A stretch of 64,000 nucleotides of DNA. Origin: Fimbriosthenelais zetlandica (lineage: Eukaryota). The notes below the pieces were generated by a model. It searched no databases. It worked only from the letters and a program-made list of their open reading frames with translations, and was not told where the DNA came from. How positions within the stretch are numbered: position 1 is the stretch's first letter; every line of letters begins with the position of its first letter. A program made the translations under genes and the position numbers. Shown one piece after another: positions 35,041 to 48,050 of the stretch. Location of the stretch: the NCBI GenBank assembly GCA_977030845.1, contig OZ365118.1:18600001-18664000 (forward strand). The letters run 5' to 3'.

Positions 35041-38000
35041 GGCATCTGACAGCCATCAACTCATTAACGTGTGGAGCTGTTAACGTCAGAATTAACAGTT
35101 ATAAAAGAGCAGCTCATTAAGTCATTAACTCACTGTCATATGGTACGTGACCTGTATCATTAGTTTATCTCACGCCTTTATTCCCTCCTCTATTCATGCC
35201 TCTCATTGATCTTAAACCAATGTTAAGCTATTAACCTATATATGGGATGTATATAGTACATTTAACTCCTGCATGATTTTCATCACTGTTTAATCAGAGG
35301 GAATAATTTATCTCAATCATTTGGCTGTTAACCTATATATAGTATCAATGCCAGGTATGTGGTAGTGGGAGGTAGTGGGATATATACATTATAGTGGTAT
35401 GTATAGTGGGGATCAGGTATGGAAGGCCTGCTCTTGTTTTCACCTTGTCCACCTTTTTCTGTCCCTGAGGAACTTAATCCCTGACATTTGGGCTGACATG
35501 CGGTGAGAAATGGCTGCCCGGGACCAATTTCTCACGAGCGTCACCGGAATCTGTCTAATTCTGGCTGACCAGAGCCTGTCTGTGGTCCTTTATATAGGCT
35601 TACTTCCCACCACACTCATATTACCCTCCCATACAATACGCTCCTCAATATCGCCCTCAATGCCGTATGATGAGTGTCTTACAGGAAATTGTAAAGTTTC
35701 AGATATTTTGGGAAGTATATTGATATGGCTCTGCGAACGGTAGTTATTAAAGAAGGGAATGAATGCTTGGTAAGGGTTGGTATGAAAGGATTAAATGTAG
35801 TAGAAGCAGCGCATGCAATTTGTACCAGGTCCAATAATGAGACTTCCGTCCTTCACCATATAGACTGAGAGGGGATGGGAGCCGGGGACCGAGGCAAGAC
35901 GATGACAATCTTTGTTTTTATTAAATCAGACATCTCAGATGCCATATGTCCCTTCCATGTTTCCCAGGAATCAATCTATAATATTAATATCTGGCTCATA
36001 CTGGACGATGAATTATGTATTTAGTGAGAGCTTTTCTGTCGTCTGATGAGCTCGGCTGGTCTCACCTAATCAGACGTCAGACGTCTTGGTCAGGGACGTG
36101 TAAGAGATTTGACCTTGGACGTGTAAGGTTTGAGCTTGAACAGTAAGATTTGACCTTGGACGTGTAAGAGGTTTGACCTTGACAGACAGAGCTGACTGTG
36201 AACAGCAGCAGCTGGGAGGCGGCGCGGACTATTTACTTCCGCGTCTTCATCTCACTAAGTGTGTGATGAGGCCGGGGATCGTTAAGCCACCGGCAGATGT
36301 AGCAATCTGACAACAGCTCCCACTTAGCGGTTTTGAAGAATTCAAATTTCACGCACAATTTCGAGCACAAAACCACGATTTTGACACACTTAGAGTTGTC
36401 AAAATGCAAAGAAATTGTGTATGGTGATTAAATACGATGTCTATTTTCAATTGTGGACTTTAACTAGTTATAATTGAGTTTATAGTCATTTCCTCTCCAC
36501 CTGACATCACTATGATAGTGTTTGTTATTCTAAGGACCAGCACATCCTCTCCTTCAATATTTAATTAGCTTTGATTAATGATGAGGAAGTTGCTGGTATA
36601 GTTTAGAGGCTGGAGGAGGAGGAGGAGGATGTGGAGGTGATCTGTGTGTTTGGATTAATGAAGTATTGGGATTAATTAATGCCCTATCATCTATGATTAC
36701 AGAAGGAGATGTAGAATCAGCCAGTCCTGATGACAGGGCCTAATTGATGCTTCCCCCTCCTCATGCTGCTCCTACTGTTTCCCTTCTGTTTTTCTGGTTT
36801 CTTAATCCTCATCTCCTGACTATAGCAGCGGATTAAAGGGTCATCTATAGACTATACAGGACAGGGGGATTAGAAGAGGTGCTGATGGTGAAAGAGGCGC
36901 TGGTTAGGTGTTGAGGAGTGGATTCAACATTTGTTGCTCCAGAAAAAGAGCCAGATTGTTTGACCTGCAAGAGGACAGAAACCTTACCAATATAGTCTAT
37001 TGCCCACCAACCTTCTCAGCTTATTTCCCCTGCTCCCCCGCCTCCATTCCCCTCCCCCTCCCCATGTTGATCGTCTTGATCTCCACCCCCTCTGGTCTCC
37101 TCTCACCTCTCTCTCCGGGATTTCTTCCCCATCTCAGTAAGTGTTTGGTCAATGCTGGGATGTGCATGGATTAAGGTCGGAGTGAAGCAGGCTTTGATAT
37201 GACCACAAACCGGCCACATCTCACTCACAATCACCAGATTGCCCATTTGTTTTATTTTGTTTTTTGTTAGAATAAGATTATTTTTTCTTTAAAAGTAGAT
37301 CTATATAAAAACACAATCGTGGGCAGGACTATATGTATAGGGCATTGACATACCTCCCTGTGCCGGAAGCAGTGGCGTGATCGTCCCCCATCTAAAACAT
37401 TTCATTTTCACGCTCGGTTTTAGCTCACATCTGCCTAGTTTTTCTACTGTATTCCACTTTATCTAGCTGTCCATATTGAGGGGAATATTTTATTGCTCAG
37501 ACGTGAGTTGACGGAGTTTGTGGAGGTTTCCTGGAGACGGAAAGCCTGCAGACTGTCATCAATTACTGCTCATTATTAACCAATCACAGCACGGTATTCC
37601 TCAGCCTCACCCCAGGTGTATATTGATTAATTACACTAATTATATTAATGACCTGCCTCCTCACCCCCTTACCTCCTCACCCCTTTACCTCCTCACCCCA
37701 TCCTACCCACATCACATACCTGTGGCCCGTCTCCTCTGGATCTGACTAATCTCAGGACGGAGTATAAGGATTATACCCATCCTGTCACAGCTTTATCATA
37801 CCCCCTCAAAACAGAATAATAGACATGAGATCTGATCACAGATTTTGAGCAGTGAATGTCCCCTCACTAGGGTTGATAATGGTGTTACCTGAAGCGCCAG
37901 GTAAAAGTGAAGACAAGAGCGGGACTTGAACCTTCCACCAGCAGCTATATGTATACCCCAACCCCTGTTTACAATACCTCAAGCTTAGACTTATTGTGCG

Positions 38001-39289
38001 AGGGGAAGATTATACCCCCAGCCACACCTCCACCCCCAGTCACATACGTCAGTCACCCATACATATCACTGTCCCCTTCCTCTAGTCTCTGTCTGACATT
38101 AATTAAAAACCCCGTGATTAATTATAAGCCACTGATTACAGTTTTACACGCTCCTCCTCCTCCTCCTCTCATGGTATTATTAGTCCTTCAACTTTTCAAT
38201 TCATCAACTTATGGTCGGAGAGATGGATGAAGAAATATTCACTGAACTCATTATTCCTTCATCCATTCAACCCCCTCCCTAACCCCCAGTCATCCCCCCC
38301 CCCATCCTGTCCTCTACCTCTCTCCCTCTATCAATACATTATATAGTTTGACTTTTCTCCGCTCGTTATTCTCCAGTTTCTACCTAGTTTCATTGCCTTT
38401 TCATAAGTTTGCAAAATTAGGATGTTTTTCTGCCAGTTAATTGCGTGGAGTGATGGATGGCCTTCTAGTGCAAAGTAGAGGAAAGGAGCGCTGGTCGTAG
38501 GCGTACTCTTTCCTCCATGATCTCAAAATTTTAAATCGACTTTTCTCTGATCAGAATAAGTTGAGAATGTGAAGTGATCTGTATAATAATTGCACCTCCC
38601 ACCCTGCCCATTCCCACGGTGTATTACACTTTTTACTTTAAATCAAATTTCATTCACCACTTCCATCAATATTTCAGTCCTGCGGGCATTCAGGCATTTC
38701 TTCCCCAATAAAACCTGCCCGTCCTCCCGGCCCGCTCAGGAGTGGTCCTCTACTTTTTGGCACATCATGAAGATTACAAGATTAGGATAATCTGACAAGT
38801 GGTGCACTCTGTCTGCTGGATTATGAATTACCATGGTCACGTGATATATAGAGCTGTAGGTATGTTAAACCCACCCCCGGGCTCTGTACACTGGGCCGCC
38901 TAGTAGGCTACCTATCACTCCATTGTCCTCACAAATTGCTCGTTTTTATTTCATTATTTTTCTGTTTTTATAGCATCAGGTTCTCGCTAATTTTGTCCTG
39001 CCTTCAAGGCCTTGTTGCATCCATTGCCCCGTCTTCCATCTCTCACACCACCCCTCCCCCATCCCCACATCTCCACACATACTCTAATTCTTCCCGATAG
39101 ATACATCACGTACCCATATTACCATCTTGACACTCGACTCCATCCTGTCCATCTCCACCAATCAGATATCAAAGGATAGGTCATGTGATGTGAGTGGTTT
39201 TGGCGGGGGATGAAGCAGTCCACATATCAACCAATCAGCGATAAGAATAGAGGTGTGTATTCTCACTATGACAACAGAGACAATACCTT

Positions 39290-39375
39290 AGTTACACGTC
39301 ATTGACAGACCCTGGTTACACGTCATTGACAGACCCTGGTTACAGGTCATTGACAGACCCTGGTTACACGTCATT
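39290..39375. repeat. 24-bp tandem repeat (~3.5 copies)
   Basis: Unit ggttacacgtcattgacagaccct. Confidence 0.9.
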
Positions 39376-41147
39376 GTCACACCTCTCACCACCTCGTCAT
39401 CAGATCAGATAAAGGCATCAATTTAGATCAAACTGTCTTCATGCCCATCACTGGCCGAGCCACACTTAAAGCGAGCAGCCCCCAACAAATATACAGGCAA
39501 CAAGGGCAGGCCAATCATTCATTACCTTTGTTTTATTTCAACAAGGGCCTCCGGCCACTAAGCAAATAGAAATTAATTTGATTAAATTTAAGTGTAAAAG
39601 ATCAAATTTAAAAATAAAATCGGTCAGCCCCTTCAGGCCAACTAAGAAAATATAATGTTACGTAGGCCTACATTGATTATTGGGACAAAATATTGTGAAC
39701 ATTTTAAAATTTATTTATTTCAGAAAGGTCCCTCGGCCCCCGTGGGCTAATTAATCAAATATAACGGGTACGGGACGGGTACCTGGTCATTGATTCAGTG
39801 CTAAACACGAAAATGTAAACAAAATCCACAAACATCTATTTGAAAAAAAGACATATGGTCAAGACCCCCTATAGATATGGGTCAATACTAAACCCATTTT
39901 CTCTTCGTGCTATTATAGCATGTATAACAATGTGTAGGCTAGGCCTAGGTCTGTGGCTATGCAGGGACACAGTCCTGAATATTATAAAAGTATCTCTTTC
40001 AGATATATATATTTTGTTTAATATTTCATTTCATTTCATACATGTCAATGCATGTCAGTGAATTCGCAAACAAATTATATTAAATCATGACAATAACACC
40101 GAGGCTAAACATTAGGCCCTGACAAATTTTGGTCTTCAATCAGATACACTATGTCACTGACAATATAAATCAATAATAATTAGTATTTCCGTAAGTTAAA
40201 AGCAAATTAAAATTATTATGGCACAGCCTACAATGTACAATATCTGCTGTATGACAATTGACATACATATATGCCCTGATTTTGGCCATACTATATTGCG
40301 ATTTCACTGTCACCGATAGGCCCTAAACTTAAGATAATTATAATAGGCCTATTACAGGCATTTATATGATCTAGGCCTATAGGGAAAATTCCAACTGTTG
40401 TTAGTGTTAGCATTTAATCAATGTAGACCTATAGGCTACTTTATATTTTCTTAGTTTGCCTACAGGGGGTGATCGATTTTATTTTTAAATTTAGTCTTTT
40501 ACCGTAGGCCTAGGCCTAAAGACTCTACCATATACTAATACCACCATCCTTCCCTCTCACTGCCGGCCTGCCCTCCACTCGGCCTCCGACAACAAAACCC
40601 GGGATTACCCTATACTGCCTTACTGGACATCGGCAGACATAGCCTATACTGACAGAGGCGGAAGAATATAGGCCTACCACCTTCTAACTCTTCTATAACT
40701 GTTCAAAACTTATCAGGGGACAGCAGGGTTAAATTATTATAATCCCATCTAGGAAAATAACCCCCATAAAAATGCAAATAAATTGTATTTTAGCGTGGAG
40801 TAATGATAATGCAATCCATTGAAGGTATTATGGAGTCAAAAGATAAAAGTAAAGTTGAAAAATAGCATGTGTATGGTTTATAAAATTATTCAACTTTGCA
40901 CCCCCCCTACTGAAAACCGACCTTCTTTTGTTCGAGCATAGCCATAGGCTGCAGGCATTTTATTGTGTTTTTATTCTACTAGCGGTTACCCGTTTCCAAC
41001 GGGATTACAATACCCGTTTCCAAAGGAATTAAAATGAGGGGCGAATTCTGTGGGTCTAGTGTTATTAGTGGTTGTGGTTGGTTAGGTGAGAAATAAATAC
41101 TGAAACTTACAGGATGGGTGTAGAATTTCTGTTTAAAGGACAGTTCT

Positions 41148-41700
41148 GTATACAACGTTTGTTCATATGGTGACCCCCATCTCTTCCCCCTCCTCCTCCC
41201 CCTATGGTCATCCTAACCTCCCGCTGCCCGCTGACCCCCATCTCTTCCCCTCCTCCTCCTCCCCATCCTCCTCCAACCCCCCCCCCCCCCCCCCCTTCCT
41301 CCGAGTCCTCCTTCTCTCCCTCTGCTTACCCCGGAAAGTTTGTCCCTAATAAATAGATATCCCCCATCCCCCTTCTCATGTAGCTATATAGGCCTACAAC
41401 GTTTGTTGTTGTCATATGGTGACCCCCATCTCTTCCCCCTCCTCCTCCCCCTATGGTCATCCTAACCTCCCGCTGCCCGCTGACCCCCATCTCTTCCCCT
41501 CCTCCTCCTCCCCATCCTCCTCCAACCCAGTTCTGTATACAACGTTTGTTGTTGTCATATGGTGACCCCCATCTCTTCCCCTCCTCCTCCTCCTCCTCCT
41601 CCTCCCCATCCTCCTCCAACCCCCCCCCCCCCCCTCCGAGTCCCCCTTCTCTCCCTGTGCTTGCCCCAGAAAGTTTGTCCCTAATAAATAGATATCCCCC
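41148..41700. repeat. C-rich nested tandem duplication (2-3 copies of a 130-250 bp segment)
   Basis: tatacaacgtttgtt...catatggtgacccccatctcttccccctcctcc recurs at ~41148, ~41395 and ~41537. Confidence 0.8.
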
Positions 41701-43789
41701 TTCTCATGTAGCTAAATGTTTGTTCCCAAGTAAAGCAGATGTGTATATAGTCCAGAAGTGGCCAGAAGTTTTCACCTGTGAGTGAGTGGGGTTTCCTTGT
41801 GATTCACACACCCATATATGGTCCTATGGGGTTTCCCTGTGATGAAAGCGAGGCTGTATGCGTCGTCACGCACCCATATATGGTCATAAGGCGGGGCTTC
41901 TGGGAATCACCCTGGTTTGGTTAGGGGGCACTGAAGGGAAAGTTGCACTTGTTCCTTTTCACGAATAGCATGTGTCACAGGCATAAAATGGGAAAACCAA
42001 GGGCGTCATGTCGAGGAGAAAAAATCAAAGATTGGAAGGATATAAGAAGCTTGGCAGAAGAGGGCGTTCCGCAAGAGCCTTTAGCATTATAGCAATAAGC
42101 AGCAATAAGCTACCCCGGGGGGCTCCAGCATTACTATAGAGGATGTTTTGTCACTTACACTGGATGACTGCCCTGTCTATGACTCAGAAAGCTCTGATTT
42201 TATCTTTTCCTTACCAGCCGCTATCTTTGCTAATCGACTCGCCTGTTTTTGATGTGAGAAAATGCCCTTTTCTGTCATGGGAAGGCATGAAACTTTGCAA
42301 AATTGGAGCCGCCATTTTGGGGTCGGGTGGTCGTGCTGGTCCCCGTTCCCCACGGCTTCCGGTTTAGTGTCGTAAATTTCAATGGAAAATTTCTTGGAAA
42401 TGGAAATTTTTTCCCCCTATCCAACCACCAAAGACATGTTAGAGCAAACATAGGTGCATGATATTTATAGATTTTGGGCAAAATACATGTTTTAAAACAC
42501 AAACACATGTCGTAAAATAACAATTTGGTCACGATTGGTGACATATGCAAATGAGCCCGCACTCCAACGGGCTAACTCCAACGGGCTAACTCCAACTCCA
42601 ACTATTTAAGTAGGATAGTAATGACTAGCTACAGATATTTAATTCTGTCAAGGCAGATTTTTTTTCACACTATGACATAAATCTGTGCATTGTTGAACAA
42701 AAAGTGGAGGAGAAATGTCAGGAGAGTAATGTGAGATGAGATGACGTCATGATCACCATGGTTACACCTGCCCGCTGTCATGACAACACACCGACTTCCG
42801 GTGAAATATGTCATAAATACCGGCAGAGGTAGGGTAGATGAGGAAGCCGTATAGACCTACCTATAATCCATCCCTCACCTCCCCCATCCCCTCTCACCTC
42901 CCCCATCCCCTCTCACCTCCCCAATCCTCTCTCCCCTCCCCCATCCCCTCTCACCTCCCCAATCCTCTCTCACCTCCCCCATCCCCTCTCACCTCCCCAC
43001 TCCTCTCTCCCCTCCCCCATTCCCTCACACCTCCCTTTTTCTATGGGAGATGGCCAGCACTAACAGCAGTAATTCAATTCCTCACTGTTAATCCTTCTGT
43101 CCTGCTGGATTAAAACAACAAGTCTTCCCATCTTCTGAGCAGAAAGTACTACCTTTTTAGAGCAACAAGTCTTGCCATGTTCTGTCACCTTTTGAGCAAC
43201 AAGCCTTGCCATGTTCTGTAACCTTTTGAGCAGCAATCCTTGCCATCTTCTGAGAGGAGAGGAAAGCATTTCTTTTAAATGATTGAAGACTTGCCAAGTC
43301 ATGAGCGAATTCAGAGCAGTTGGCTTTACCATATTCTCAGACTGAGCAGGTCTTACCAGCTTGAGAGCAATTAATGTTTCCATTTTAGTTTCAAATAGTT
43401 GGGTTGATATTTGTCATCGCTCTGCCATGTTACAGTAAGTTTCCGTCCATCTCACTCCGACTTATCATGAAGAAGCAGACAGAGTTTGATGGAGGCTAGA
43501 CGAGGACTGTGATGATCATTGCCACCACCAGATGGCCCCCCGTCCCTCAGGTGGTGCGCTTAACACACCAACCATTAGCATATAGACCAGGTCATCCTCC
43601 ACTCGTTATCCTCCGGTGGGGAAAAGTGTCTGGGCATTCCTCCAGCTGTCTATTTTGTCCCCCCCCCCCCCACCCCCCCCCCCCCCCCCCCCACCCCCGT
43701 CACTGCTGTGAGGGCATTATACAGTTACCCTGCTGTATTATATGTCTGTGTTAAGGTCATACTTGGCCAGTCTGTACCTGACATTCCTC

Positions 43790-44070
43790 TTTCTGCTTCT
43801 CTCCCTTTCCCTTTCTCTTTCTCTCTCTTCCTTTGTTTCTCTCTATCTCTTTTTCCATCTCACTCTGCCTCTCTCGATCTCCCGCTTTTTCTCTCCCTCT
43901 CTCTCACCTCACTTCCTCTGTCTCTTCCTCTCTCCCTCTCTATCTATCCCTCTTTCTCAATCCCTCTCTCTCACTTTTCTCCGTCCGTCTCTTTCTCTCT
44001 ATCTATCCCTCTCTTTCACTTTTCTCTCTCTCTCTATCTATCTCTCTCCCCTTGTCTCCCTCACTTTCTC
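43790..44070. repeat. CT-rich low-complexity microsatellite
   Basis: Nearly pure C/T tract that follows poly-C runs at 43659-43692. Confidence 0.9.
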
Positions 44071-44641
44071 TAATACATGCATGTATCACAGTGTAGGCTG
44101 CAGACTCCGGTATCACCAAATTATGTGTACACCTCAGCAAATTTGAAAATTTGACATCAATATATTCCCCACTGATTAAACGGGCCGATATAAAACATCT
44201 GGCTGCTTACACAAGATCCGCATAGGATGATTTATAACACTGAAATGATTGCTTTTTATTGATTTGATTGGATAAAGTAAATGTTTAGAAAGTGTACGAG
44301 TAATATTCTGTGATTGTGAATGCATATTGTTGATGGGATGTTGTGTATTATAGGCCTACAGTCTCATATCAGACATCACTCATGGACCGATCGTCTCTCA
44401 ATTACACACTCATACACTGAAAGAGATTTAAAATCAATTGTCGAGGAGGAGGATTGCGTTTTCTGTCATTCTCCTCCGTCTCTCCTCCTTTATCGAGGCT
44501 TGTCTTCCATGGTAAAGTCAAGACTCCACTGCTGCGATTTTGCTTACGACACTATACTGTGACAAAGGTAATGGTTTTGTCGCAATGGAAACTATACCAG
44601 TGGAAGACGGCCTTAAGGCCTTGAACACTTCAACTGCAATT

Positions 44642-44712
44642 TATAAATTGTATTGTGACAGGCTTCACCTTTGTCGTAGTATAAGGTGAAGCCTGTCACA
44701 ATACAATTTATA
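44642..44712. other. Perfect 30-bp inverted repeat with an 11-nt loop (possible minimal MITE or small-RNA hairpin)
   Basis: tataaattgtattgtgacaggcttcacctt (44642-44671) is the exact reverse complement of 44683-44712; both ends are TA. Confidence 0.9.
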
Positions 44713-47700
44713 GTGACACAAGCTTAATCAGAGCAGTGGCGGACAGGCTTAAGTCGCCAGTTATCCTATGGAGCATGCTATCCCCGCAGCCTCGCCCCTT
44801 TAACATGCTTTATTAACTCAAGCCTCCATGAAAACTTTAATTCCCCTGATGAGAAGTTTTATCCCTTGCGGTTGACCTCATTATGTTTAATAATTTATAG
44901 ATAATTTTGGAGAAGTTTGGTCACTTTTTGGCCAATTATTGACATGGTAAGACATGGAGGTAGGAGGCGGTGTGGGGGTGACTGGGGACTGCAGTCTTCA
45001 GGAGGAGAGGATGAAGTTGAAGAGAGAAACTTCTGGAGAGAGAAACTTGGGAGAAAAATCAGTGGGAATTAAGGCAGTGTAAGTCAGGAGGAGAGGGTGA
45101 GGGGCGGGTGAAAGCGGGTAAGGCGGGTGGCAGTGGGAAGTTGGGTGGGTAGGGGGTAGAAGGTGGGAGGTATCAGTAACAGTATAATTTTAAGAAGAGA
45201 TCCAAATGAAGTAATGAACCTTTCCAGGGAATTGTATCATCTATCTACAAACTCTAGACTGTCACCTTCTTCATCCTCCAGCTTTAGAAGCTTACATTTC
45301 TCATTCATTTCCCCCCGTACAGAGATAAGATGCTCCAGGGAGGTGTCTTTATTTTACTCCTGTATATAATGCCAGTAGTTCTATTGGTTTTTATTGGGTT
45401 TTTATCAAAGGTTGAAACTCGAGCTGAGAACTCGGTAAATACGAGTGATGTGATCCATTCAACGACGATCAGAGAAACAAGAACAATAGAGATGTTACCA
45501 TAGAAACAGAATCAATGTCAACCCGGGACTCAACCCAGCAAACTGACACTGTCAGAGTCAAATAACACGGTGTCAGTCACTCTCCATTCATCCACACTTC
45601 AGGTCCCGCCCCTCTCATCCCTTTCTCTCATCCCTTTCCTCACTCTCATCCCTCTCCTTCATCCCTCCCTTCCCCCCCCCCCCCATATTTTAGAGTCCTC
45701 CAGGTGTCCTCTTCCTCCTAGCTTCGTTCCCATCCATTCTTCACAAGTCATGACACCGGGCAAGTCATGTGACCTTACTCGGGTCACATGACCTGATCGG
45801 AAGCGTAAAAAGTGGCGTTGGGCGTTTGGGAGGAATGATGGAGGATGATCACCCTCATCCCTCATCCTCCTCTTTCCCCACTATATACAGTCCATGTCTC
45901 AAACATACCTAGACATTGTGTTTTTTTTTTGTTTTCTTGTAATTTAGTATATTTATAGACATAAGGAGTGTGACTAGGCTCAATGGGGGGAAAACAATCG
46001 AGATTCTCAGCCTAGGTTTATACTACTACTAGTGCGAGAACTAAATTTAATGGAAATGAAAGGAAAGATTTAGGGTCTACAGTGACAGAGGGAGGAGATG
46101 AGAAAGATAGTAGATAGATAGGTAGATAGGTCATACAAGTAGCCTATACCTCGCCAAGCTACCTGATGTAGCCTACCTATTATATTAGCCTACCTCGCCC
46201 AGCCTACCTGATGTAGCCTACCAATTATATATTAGCCTACATCAATCAAACTGTAATAGTTGATTGGGATTTGTAGTTGACATTTATGCTGGCCACTGCC
46301 TCCTGTGTCCGGGCTAACCTGGTCAGTAGACAGAGCATCCTCTATCACTCCCATTGTTTCCTATTGTCCACTGACTGACCACTGTCTGGAGTAGCACCCC
46401 CACCCCCACCCCCGACCCCCACACACACTAACTGACCACTGGTCAGATTCCTGTACGTGTTCAGCCTACCACACCTGACCCCCTCTCACTACATCTGTCA
46501 CTCACAGTCTGACTCTCACTTCTTCTTGTTTTTTACCTGAGATTCCTCCTACTTTCTGCATCCACTTCCCCCCAGATGGGTCTTGTATGTAGTATTCGAA
46601 GGAAATGGAAATTGTATAAACTTTTAATTATATTATCATTATTCACTTAGTATGAATATTTCATACTAGATAACCCAAGTGGTTGGAAACCAGAGAAACA
46701 CGCTAATATCAGATCTTTATGTTTGATTAAATGAATTTTTTTTTGGTACTATTTTCACATGCTTTGGGCTTCTTATTAATTTCAGACTTGCCCGTCGCCG
46801 TCGGCGTACCCAGCCTCGCATCATTTCCCCTGATTTGCCTGGTTGCCATGGAAACGTGAGTAATTATGATTTAATCAGCGGTTTAGAGGTGGCAGGACGT
46901 GACATAACATAATGATATATCATGTAGTTACATATAGGTTATCACTTATTAAAGCATCGGTAAAAAAGAGCAGTTATTAGAGAAAGAAGGGGACAGAGAG
47001 AAGTGGAGAGAATGGGATAGGAAGAGAAGACAAACAGAGAGAGACAGGGGGTAGAAAGATACAGGTGGGCTCTGACATTTGGTTAAACCGGTTGTTCACA
47101 AAATTTGACATACTGGGTATTTCCATTGGATGCTAGACATGTGCATGAAATGCGACGATGAGTTGAAGCATTTCTGATCATAGATGCATATCTTTTCCTA
47201 TCATTGGTTTGGTAGACGTACAAATTAGTAGACGTACAAATTAGTAGACGTACAAATTAGTAGACATTACTGGAGTCCGCTCCACTGGTTCTACCCTCCA
47301 CACCCAAGTCTGAGAGCAGGAGGGCAGTGAGCCGGGACAGGGGTGATATAGCTGGTGGTGGGTTCTAATCCCTCTCTGACTCTTAGCTTTACTTGGCGCT
47401 TCTTCACGCTTCAGTGGTTCTACATAGATCTACTATTACACCCCCCCCCCCCCGTCCCCACTCCCACTTACACATAACCCAGTAATCCTGTGAGATTGTC
47501 CATGCATATCCTCCCCCGCACCCTCTCTCATGATTATGTAACATGACTCGCACCTTTCCAGATGAGTGATTTTGGACCTGAGGCGAGAGGTACAGATGGG
47601 CTGAAATGGTGTGAGCCTCCTCTACCTGTACAACCCCCCCCCCCCCTCCCCCGCCCCGCATACAGGCATATAGTTCCATATACGAGCTAGCAATTAGGTC

Positions 47701-48050
47701 AGTGCTTCAGTCACCTCCTCTCATTCGTTAGTGGACAGAGAGCCGCCCTGGATTCCAATACTATACTCTGGACATTTAGAGGACAAATGAAATATATTTC
47801 TGTGATATGTGCAGTGGACAACTGGAATATATTTATGTGTAGTGCCTAGAGGACAAATGTATTATATTTCTGTGATATTTGAAGTGTGTAATGCCCCACC
47901 GTGAAAGAACATTTGCCAGAACCGGTCTCTCACATGGCGGGTGAGTGATCACTGCAGCTACATACGTTTAGCGGAAAAATGGATTATATATTTCTGTGAT
48001 TGTAGCGTTCAGTGGACAGATGGATTATATTTCTGTGATTTTCGTTTCAG

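Noticed and set aside
43060-43383. 107-aa minus-strand ORF
   Set aside because: Built from a degenerate ~34-bp repeat (not a multiple of 3), with no splice or homology support.
43708-44146. Leu/Ser-rich ORFs here and at 57293-57736
   Set aside because: Translations of CT/GA microsatellites.
21200-47700. Conserved miRNA, snRNA or hidden protein-coding gene in the long gap
   Set aside because: By-eye reading found no mature sequence of the conserved bilaterian miRNAs or snRNAs I recall and no coherent coding exon chain. Absence is not proven without Infernal, BLASTX and RNA-seq.
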